Of a DNA stretch of 64,000 bases, positions 26,748-33,106 are shown in pieces. The notes below the pieces were generated by a model. That model had not been told where the DNA came from, made no database searches, and saw only the letters and a list, made by a program, of their open reading frames with translations. The stretch is from Frankiales bacterium. GTDB lineage: Bacteria; Actinomycetota; Actinomycetes; Mycobacteriales; SCTD01. The DNA lies in NCBI GenBank assembly GCA_025465135.1, contig JAODNA010000084.1, positions 2,599-66,598 of the forward strand, in the 5' to 3' direction. The position numbers were made by a program, and so were the translations under genes. Each line of letters starts with the position of its first letter. The stretch's first letter is position 1.

Positions 26748-27295
26748 CAGCACGCCCAGCCCCGCCCCCAGCCACCGGAGCCCACCTCGTGTCCTACTTC
26801 GCCGCCGCGCTCGCCCGCACCGGAGAGAGCTGGTCCGGTGTCGAGGTGGACCTCGACGAGATCGAGGACATCGAGGCACTGACAGACCTGATGCGTGACC
26901 TCACCGGCGACGGCCCCGGACCTGCGCTGCTGATGCTGGAGGAGGACGACGAGTACGTCGCGATCGTCCGTGTCGACGGCGGCACCGGGGGGCTCGGGGA
27001 GCCGCGCGTCTTCCTGTCCGACCGCAGGGCCGTCCAGGGCAGCGACGTCGCCGCCATGCTCTGGGAGGAGGCCGACCCGGAGGATGACGAGGAGGAGGAC
27101 GACGACGAGGACGAAGGCACCCGGCCGGTCGCCGAACCCGTCGGCGACGCCGAGCTGCTCGCCGACCTCGGGACCCCGGGAAGCCAGCTCGTCGACCTCT
27201 GCGCGGAGGAGGGGCTGCTGCCGGCAGATGTCCTCACGACGGTCTGCGAGCGGGCCGGCTGCGCGGACGTGCTCGAGGAGCTCCGCGAGGCGTGA
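26744..27295 (+). CDS. tRNA adenosine deaminase-associated protein paralog (copy 2)
   Basis: Alignable with copy 1 (SWSGVEVDLDE...YVAIVRV...VFLSD...PVGDAELLADLG) and carries a poly-acidic insert. TTG 26744 overlaps the upstream stop. GTG 26789 is an alternative start. Confidence 0.65.
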   Translation: MTARPAPPPATGAHLVSYFAAALARTGESWSGVEVDLDEIEDIEALTDLMRDLTGDGPGPALLMLEEDDEYVAIVRVDGGTGGLGEPRVFLSDRRAVQGSDVAAMLWEEADPEDDEEEDDDEDEGTRPVAEPVGDAELLADLGTPGSQLVDLCAEEGLLPADVLTTVCERAGCADVLEELREA

Positions 27296-27750
27296 CGTCG
27301 TACGACGCCCTGATGCTCGTCGCCCTCGAGCAGGCTGAGCTCGCGGCGAGCCATGGCGACATCCCGGTCGGTGCCGTCGTGGCCGGCCCCGACGGGTCGG
27401 TGCTCGGATTCGGCTGCAACCGGCGCGAGGCCGCGAACGACCCCACCGCCCACGCCGAGGTGCTCGCGCTGCGGGCCGCCGGCGCGACGCTCGGCAGCTG
27501 GCGGCTCAACAGCTGCACGCTCATCGTGACCCTGGAGCCCTGCACGATGTGCGCCGGTGCCGCCGTGCTCGCCCGGGTCGACCGCATCGTCTACGGCGCC
27601 GCCGACCCGAAGGCCGGCGCAGCCGGATCGATGTGGGACGTCGTACGCGATCGGCGCCTCAACCACCGCCCCGAGGTGCTCGGGGGCGTGCTCGCGTCGG
27701 AGTGCTCCGATCGCCTGCTCGCCTTCTTCGGGCGGGACACGGTCGGCTGA
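27292..27750 (+). CDS. tadA: tRNA-specific adenosine deaminase
   Basis: CDA zinc motifs HAEVLALR and PCTMCAGA. 152 aa. Confidence 0.93.
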   Translation: MTSYDALMLVALEQAELAASHGDIPVGAVVAGPDGSVLGFGCNRREAANDPTAHAEVLALRAAGATLGSWRLNSCTLIVTLEPCTMCAGAAVLARVDRIVYGAADPKAGAAGSMWDVVRDRRLNHRPEVLGGVLASECSDRLLAFFGRDTVG

Positions 27751-27773
27751 TCCGCTTCGCTAGACTCGTCGGC

Positions 27774-27863
27774 GGTGGCGTGTCCGAGCGGCCGAAGGAG
27801 CACGCCTCGAAAGCGTGTGACGGTGCAAGCCGTCCGTGGGTTCAAATCCCACCGCCACCGCCA
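27774..27863 (+). tRNA. tRNA-Ser (anticodon CGA), CCA encoded
   Basis: Acceptor ggtggcg/cgccacc, anticodon stem cacgc/gcgtg with loop ctCGAaa, long variable arm, T-loop ggttcaaatcc. Confidence 0.92.
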
Positions 27864-28050
27864 CAGCTCTCCCGTGCCGGGGCAGGGCGCAATCGGCAGA
27901 TAGGCCGCGTCGGGCGCCCGACTTTGCGTCTTTCACCCGAATGGCCTATCAAGTTCGCTTCGCCGACAGTGTTCTCTTTCTCCCCAGTGGGTATACGGCG
28001 CCCGAACCGGTCGCGCTCTGTGACCAGACCACCGCACTGGAGTAACGACA

Positions 28051-29607
28051 ATGACCTCTTTGAGCCCTGAGCTGGGCGTCCTCGGCGAGCCCGCCGAAGG
28101 CGCTGTGCGACGGTCCACCGGGACCCGCCTGGCCGTCGCCCTCGTCGCGTTCGTGACGGCGTGGATGGTCGGGGGCGTCCGGGCCACACCGGCGTTCGCC
28201 GATGACGGTGGGGACCGGGGCGACAGCACGTCAGCCGGCGAGCACCGTGACGCACAGAGCCGCGACGGTGGCAGCGGCGACGCACAGAGCCGCGACCGTG
28301 GCAGCCGTGACGCACAGAGCCGCGACTCCTCGGGGGGCGCGGGTTCGTGCTCCTGCCCGAGCGAGACGTCGAAGGGCACCACGCAGACGAAGGCCGACTC
28401 TGCGTCGTCCGACCACGCGAAGTCCTCGACCAAGGGTGACAGCGCGAAGAGCTCGACCAAGGGTGAGAGCGCGAAGTCCTCGGCCAAGGGAGAGAGCGCG
28501 AAGTCCTCGGCCAAGGGAGAGAGCGCGAAGTCCTCGGCCAAGGGTGAGAGCGCGAAGTCCTCGACCAAGGGTGAGAGCGCGAAGAGCTCGGCCAAGGGTG
28601 AGAGCGCGAAGTCCTCGGCCAAGCCGACATCGGGTTCGTCCGAGCAGGCGGCCACCTCGGACAGCCACACCACGACGACCCAGTCCGCATCGAGCGGCGA
28701 CACCCAGCGCAAGCCGAGTCGGCGCCCTGCCCACAACAGTGACGCCTGCCTGCCGACGCCGGTGCCGTACGGGCCGAAGAAGCTCGACGACAGCCATGAC
28801 AGCGAGGGCAAGGCCGGCGACGCCGGCAAGCAGGACGACAGCAAGGACGTGAGTGGGTCGGCCAGCGCCGGTGCGGCGTCGGGTGCTGCCGGCACGTCGG
28901 GCAAGGGCACCGGTGGCAAGGCCAGCGGCGGTAGCGCGAACGGCACGACGACCGGGACGACGACGGGTGCCGGTTCTGCCGGTGCGGCGTCGGGTGCTGC
29001 CGGCACGTCGGGCAAGGGCACCGGTGGCAAGGCCAGCGGCGGTAGCGCGAACGGCACGACCGGTACCTCAACGAGTGCGGGTAGCGCGGGCAACACGGTG
29101 CCGAGTGCCGGTAGCGCGGGCAACACGGTGCCGAGTGCCGGTTCCGCGGGCAACACGGTGCCGAGCGCCGGTAGCGCGGGCAACACGGTGCCGAGTGCCG
29201 GCAGTGCGGCTGTTCCCGGTACGACGACTGTTCCCGGTACGACGACGGGCACGGGTACCACGACGGGCACGGGCACGACGACGGGCACGGGCACGACGAC
29301 CGGCACCGCATCGGGCTCCGGCACGACCCCGGTCACCGCGCCGGTCACTGCGCCGGGTACGACGACGACCGGCACGACGGCGGGTACGGCGACGGTCGGC
29401 TCGACCACCGGCGGCGCGGCGGCACCGGCCACGGCCGGCACGGCGTCCGTACCGCTCGGCGGCACGGCGGTTGCCCCGGCGGCCCGTCCGGCAGCGCTCC
29501 CGTTCACGGGTGGCGGCGAGCTGCCGGAGGAGATCGCCCTCGGCGGCATCCTGATCGCGCTGGGAGCTGCCGTGCGCCGCATCGGGCGCCCGCGCACGAC
29601 CGCGTAG
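28051..29607 (+). CDS. LPXTG-anchored low-complexity repeat surface protein
   Basis: N-terminal TM/signal segment. Repeats KGESAKSSA x~8, GSAGNTVPSA x4 and a duplicated ~38-aa Gly/Ser/Thr block. C-terminus is LPFTGGG + hydrophobic segment + RRIGRPR. Confidence 0.85.
   Translation: MTSLSPELGVLGEPAEGAVRRSTGTRLAVALVAFVTAWMVGGVRATPAFADDGGDRGDSTSAGEHRDAQSRDGGSGDAQSRDRGSRDAQSRDSSGGAGSCSCPSETSKGTTQTKADSASSDHAKSSTKGDSAKSSTKGESAKSSAKGESAKSSAKGESAKSSAKGESAKSSTKGESAKSSAKGESAKSSAKPTSGSSEQAATSDSHTTTTQSASSGDTQRKPSRRPAHNSDACLPTPVPYGPKKLDDSHDSEGKAGDAGKQDDSKDVSGSASAGAASGAAGTSGKGTGGKASGGSANGTTTGTTTGAGSAGAASGAAGTSGKGTGGKASGGSANGTTGTSTSAGSAGNTVPSAGSAGNTVPSAGSAGNTVPSAGSAGNTVPSAGSAAVPGTTTVPGTTTGTGTTTGTGTTTGTGTTTGTASGSGTTPVTAPVTAPGTTTTGTTAGTATVGSTTGGAAAPATAGTASVPLGGTAVAPAARPAALPFTGGGELPEEIALGGILIALGAAVRRIGRPRTTA
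28415..28623 (+). repeat. Intragenic 27-bp tandem repeat (~7.5 copies)
   Basis: Unit aagggtgagagcgcgaagtcctcggcc with minor variants. It is in frame and encodes KGESAKSSA. Confidence 0.9.
29079..29198 (+). repeat. Intragenic 30-bp tandem repeat (4 copies)
   Basis: Unit ggtagcgcgggcaacacggtgccgagtgcc, encoding GSAGNTVPSA. Confidence 0.9.
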
Positions 29608-29620
29608 CAACGCAGCAGAC

Positions 29621-29656
29621 GAGAGGGGCCCGCGCCAACCGGCGCGGGCCCCTCTC
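29621..29656. terminator. Perfect 16-bp-stem hairpin between convergent genes
   Basis: gagaggggcccgcgcc-aacc-ggcgcgggcccctctc. Confidence 0.7.
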
Positions 29657-29662
29657 GTGCTG

Positions 29663-31018
29663 TCAGGGCGCGGTCGTCTGCAGACGCTCCATGGCGAGGG
29701 TCAGCAGGCTGTCCGCCGCCCCCTCCCATCCTTCGCTCTGGCCCCACATGAGGACCATGGCCCGGTTGGCGAGGTGCACCGCCTCGTAGATCGGGAAGCG
29801 GTGGACCGTCGCGTCGGGTCGCAGGGCCAGGTAGCGCTGCAGGAACGCTCGGCGCGCCTGCTCTGCGGCGTCGCTCTCCTCCCAGGTCTCCGGCATCGAC
29901 GGCACGGCATGCGCGCACCACTTGCCGAGATCCCAGCTCGTCTCGGATCGCCCGACGTCCTCGAAGTCCACGAGCGTGAAACGACCGTTATCCTCGAGGA
30001 ACTGGTCGTACTTCAGGTCTCCGTGCGTGAGCACCTCCTCCTCGGCGGCCGCCTTCGGGAGCCGGGACCGGAGCTTGGCGAGCAGGTCACGCAGGAGCCG
30101 CCCGCCGTCGGGGTGCACGAGGGACATCGCGTGCGCGACGTCATCGAGGCGGGCGATCTCCGGTGCGAGGCTCAGCTCGCTGTGCGACCCGAGGCCGCTG
30201 CCGTGCATCGTCGCGAGCGCCTCCGCCGCCGCGACGGCGCCGGCGTGGAACCGCGGGTCGGTCCGGTCGCTGCTCAACGGCAGGCCGGGTGCCGCCTGCT
30301 CCAGGTGCAGCGCCAGCTCGCCGTCGTACGCCAGCGGCTCGACGACGGAGAGCAGCCCGTCCGAGTGCTGGCTCAGCGTCCACAGGGCCTGCATGGTCTC
30401 GTGCAGGTCGCGGCCGCGGTCGCCGCGGTAGACCTTCCCGTAGACGACCCGCTCCGCAGCTCCGGGCTTGTCGACGACCCGGTAGCGCACGGCCGCGCTG
30501 ATCTCCGGCAGGTACCGGACCAGCTCGACGTGGATCCGGGCCGGCGGCGTCTTCGGCGAGTAGCGCGGCGCGAGCAGGCGGCGGACGGCAGGCGGGTCCG
30601 TCGCTGTCGCCAGGGTCGGCAGGTGCGGGTCGACGGGGTAGAACCACCAGGCGTGCTGGGAGGCATCAACGAGTACCGGGTAGCCGAGTCCGTCCAGCGG
30701 CCGGCAGGGTGCGTCGTCGTACAGCTCCGACAGCCACGTCCGGTAGCCCTGCCAGTCCGTCGTCTGGAAGCACGCGCGCGCGACCAGGGTGAGGCTCCGC
30801 GTCTCCGTGGTCCCGCGGGCCGGCCGTTCGATCCGAACGCGGTACGACGCCCAGTAGGCGACCGGCGGCTCCAGCCGGACCCCGAGACGACGAACGCCGG
30901 ACAGCGTCCAGCCGGTCCCGTCGATCGCCACGGCAGCGAGGGCACGGGCGGCGGCGGTGTTGGTCGCCCGCTGCACCAGGTCGAGCGTCAGCCCACCGGA
31001 TGGGCTCGGGCCCGGCAT
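29663..31018 (-). CDS. Aminoglycoside-phosphotransferase/protein-kinase-like fold protein
   Basis: Brenner-type catalytic motif THGDLKYDQF and VDFEDVG. ATG 31018 is preceded by ggaggag. It is embedded among the LPXTG genes on the opposite strand. Confidence 0.75.
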   Translation of the reverse strand: MPGPSPSGGLTLDLVQRATNTAAARALAAVAIDGTGWTLSGVRRLGVRLEPPVAYWASYRVRIERPARGTTETRSLTLVARACFQTTDWQGYRTWLSELYDDAPCRPLDGLGYPVLVDASQHAWWFYPVDPHLPTLATATDPPAVRRLLAPRYSPKTPPARIHVELVRYLPEISAAVRYRVVDKPGAAERVVYGKVYRGDRGRDLHETMQALWTLSQHSDGLLSVVEPLAYDGELALHLEQAAPGLPLSSDRTDPRFHAGAVAAAEALATMHGSGLGSHSELSLAPEIARLDDVAHAMSLVHPDGGRLLRDLLAKLRSRLPKAAAEEEVLTHGDLKYDQFLEDNGRFTLVDFEDVGRSETSWDLGKWCAHAVPSMPETWEESDAAEQARRAFLQRYLALRPDATVHRFPIYEAVHLANRAMVLMWGQSEGWEGAADSLLTLAMERLQTTAP

Positions 31019-31211
31019 GCGCACTCCTCCGTCGGCGGCACCGAGCATGCCACGCGGCCCGCCGCGCAGACCTCCCAAGAATTACGCCATTCGGCCCACT
31101 ACTTTCGGGCCCCCTGTTGGTTACTCTCTGTGTCGATCGACGTCGCTCAGGGTGACTCTTCGGGGCTGGCCGGGGCGACGACGGTGATCGGCGGGCACTC
31201 GCCCGCCGACA

Positions 31212-31506
31212 GAAGGAAGCACTGATCCGGACGGTCCACACCGACGACGCGCAGGCGTCGCACGGAGAGACACGGTCGCCTAGGCCGCCCGGGGAGCTAG
31301 TGGCGAGACCGACCTGCCCAGTGAACAGGACGTCCTCGGACGCCCCGCTCATCGGACGCAGAGGCCTTGATCCGCGTGGTCCTCACCGACGCCCCCGGGC
31401 GCACGGAGGAACACGGTCGCCAGACCGCGCGGGGAGCCAGTGGCGAGACCGGCTCGTTCGGTGGCGGTGCGTCGTGGACGCCCTCTACTTGGACGGGAGT
31501 CCCCGC
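31212..31506 (+). promoter_or_regulatory. Conserved structured 5' leader, copy 1 (two tandem ~105-145-nt units), candidate cis-regulatory RNA
   Basis: Near-identical to 32799-33106. Invariant core cggggagcYagtggcgagaccg at 31290-31311 and 31430-31451. Stem ggtcgcc/ggcga(g)acc. Variable hairpins carry compensatory changes. Confidence 0.6.
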
Positions 31507-32478
31507 ATGCGCACCAACGACACGACGTGCACGTCCAGCTCTACCCGCCGCGCGCCGGTCGCTGCGACGCTCGCGGCGGTGCTGCTCAGCCTTCCTTTGA
31601 CGCTCGCGCTCAGCGGCACCGCCTGGGCCTGCACCTCCTCCGACGGGGGTAGCAGCCAGGGCAGCAAGGGTGGTGGCGACAGCAAGGGCGGCGACCACGA
31701 GGGCAGCAAGGGTGGTGGCGACAGCAAGGGCGGCAGCACCGGTGGCGGCGACCACGAGGGCAGCAAGGGTGGAGGCGACAGCAAGGGCGGCAGCACCGGT
31801 GGCGGCGACCACGAGGGCAACAAGGGTGGTGGCGACAGCAAGGGCGGCAGCACCGGTGGCGGCGACCACGAGGGCAGCACCGGTGGCGGCGACCACGAGG
31901 GCAGCACCGGTGGTGGCGACAGCAAGGGCGGCAGCACTGGTGGCGGCGACCACGAGGGCAGCAGCACGGGCGGCGACGACCACCACGGCGGTAGCACCGG
32001 TGGCGGCGCGACCGGCACCACGGGCGACGACGACCACCACGGCAGCAGCACCGGTGGTAACAGCACGACCGGTGGCACGACGGGCACCACGGGCGGCGGC
32101 CACAGCGGTGGCAGCACCGGCGGGACCAGCACGACCGGCACGAGCATCGGCGGGGGCACGAGTGGTGGGGGCAGCATCACGCCGCCGGTCGTGCACCCGG
32201 TCGTGCACCCGGTCGTGCACCCGGTCGTGCGCCCGGTCGTGCGCCCCGTCACGCGGCCGGTCACGCACCCCGTGACGCGGCCGGTCATCGGGGGTACCGC
32301 GGGAGCGCCGGCCTCGGGTCCGGTCGTCACGGTCCGCGCGGCGACGGCGCGGGCTGCGCAGCCGTCCGCCCTGCCGTTCACCGGCGCGGACCCGTCCATC
32401 CCGCTCGGCATCTCGCTCGTCCTGCTCGGCAGTGGCGTGATCCTCACCGGTGCGGCGCGCCGGCGCGAGCACGCCTGA
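31507..32478 (+). CDS. LPXTG-anchored His/Asp/Gly-rich repeat surface protein
   Basis: Signal peptide MRTNDTT...LALSGTAWA. GGGDSKGGSTGGGDHEGSK repeats, DDHH motifs and a PVVH/PVVR/PVTR 4-aa repeat. C-terminus LPFTGAD + hydrophobic segment + RRREHA. ATG follows ggacgggag. Confidence 0.85.
   Translation: MRTNDTTCTSSSTRRAPVAATLAAVLLSLPLTLALSGTAWACTSSDGGSSQGSKGGGDSKGGDHEGSKGGGDSKGGSTGGGDHEGSKGGGDSKGGSTGGGDHEGNKGGGDSKGGSTGGGDHEGSTGGGDHEGSTGGGDSKGGSTGGGDHEGSSTGGDDHHGGSTGGGATGTTGDDDHHGSSTGGNSTTGGTTGTTGGGHSGGSTGGTSTTGTSIGGGTSGGGSITPPVVHPVVHPVVHPVVRPVVRPVTRPVTHPVTRPVIGGTAGAPASGPVVTVRAATARAAQPSALPFTGADPSIPLGISLVLLGSGVILTGAARRREHA
31666..31965 (+). repeat. Intragenic degenerate tandem repeats (~57-60 bp unit)
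   Basis: Repeated ggtggtggcgacagcaagggcggcagcaccggtggcggcgaccacgagggcagcaag. Confidence 0.8.
32185..32290 (+). repeat. Intragenic 12-bp tandem repeat (~9 copies)
   Basis: ccggtcgtgcac/ccggtcgtgcgc/ccggtcacgc.. encoding (PVVH)3(PVVR)2(PVTR/H)... Confidence 0.85.
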
Positions 32479-32492
32479 TCCAGGGAACTGCA

Positions 32493-32527
32493 CCGACGGC
32501 CCCCCGCTGCGAGCTGGGGGCCGTCGG
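32493..32527. terminator. GC-rich hairpin after the His-rich LPXTG gene
   Basis: ccgacggccccc...gggggccgtcgg, 15 nt after the stop. No T-tract. Confidence 0.55.
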
Positions 32528-32798
32528 CATGCCCCGGCTGTCCAGGCGGGTCACGCGCGAACCCGTTCCACTACAGCGCGTGATGTGCGCCCGGGTCCGG
32601 GCCGCGTGCCCCGCCTGCCCCGGGTGGGGAGTTTTTGCCCGGATGTCGCCTTTTGCGGCAGCAAGTTACGCCATTCGGCCCACTACTTCCGGGCCACTCT
32701 GTAGTTACTCTGTGTGTCTGCTGCAGCGCAGAAGGTGAATCTTTTTGACTCACCCCACGTGATGAAGCGGCAACTGCGGGTATACGCCCGTCGTTGAG

Positions 32799-33106
32799 CA
32801 AGGAAGCGTTGATCCGGATGGTCCACACCGGTTCGCCCCCTTCGGGGACGTGAGCACGGAGAGACTCGGTCGCCTAGACCGTTCGGGGAGCTAGTGGCGA
32901 GACCGACCTGCCCCAGTGAGCAGGGCGTCCTTCGGGCGTCCAGTCACCGGATGCAGAGGCTGTGATCCGCACGGTCCTCACCGACGCCGAACCTGGCGCA
33001 CGGAGGAAGACGGTCGCCAAGACCGCGCGGGGAGCTAGTGGCGAGACCGGCTCGTCCGGTAGCTGGACATCTTCCGATGCCCTCTACCTCGGACGGGAGT
33101 CCCCGC
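32799..33106 (+). promoter_or_regulatory. Conserved structured 5' leader, copy 2, candidate cis-regulatory RNA
   Basis: Aligns with 31212-31506. Cores at 32884-32905 and 33028-33049. Same ggacgggagtccccgc immediately before the start codon. Confidence 0.6.

Noticed and set aside
23299-26879. Long Arg-rich ORFs 23299..25170 (-), 24360..26879 (-), 8057..9898 (+), 15586..17238 (-), 17028..18725 (-), 20874..22496 (-), 27842..29921 (-), 31297..32493 (-) and many similar track entries
   Set aside because: All are antisense or out of frame with genes that have clear domain signatures. Their translations are dominated by R/A/G/P, as expected for non-coding frames at this GC content.
28415-28623. Regularly spaced 27-bp repeats as a possible CRISPR array
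   Set aside because: The repeats are directly abutting with no spacers. They are in frame inside a signal-peptide/LPXTG protein and encode KGESAKSSA. No cas genes are nearby.
31261-31451. The leader core as a known riboswitch (cobalamin B12 box, guanidine-I/ykkC, glycine, c-di-GMP-I/II, ydaO, yybP-ykoY)
   Set aside because: agtggcgagaccggc matches about 12 of 16 positions of the B12-box consensus as I remember it, and cggagagacacgg recalls ykkC. However, the other obligatory elements of those families are absent (GGUG..AAUCC/GCCACUG context, ACGCAAAGCC, GGGGUGAAUC, and so on) and the unit is too short. The resemblance is treated as coincidental pending a covariance-model search.
31300-31506. 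In-frame upstream extensions of the two LPXTG genes (track starts 31300 and 33038) as coding sequence or leader peptides
   Set aside because: The two leaders align at the nucleotide level with 1-nt indels that shift the frame. The GTG at the core is in frame with the gene in copy 2 but out of frame in copy 1. The translated extensions are Arg/Pro-rich and precede, rather than contain, the signal peptide.
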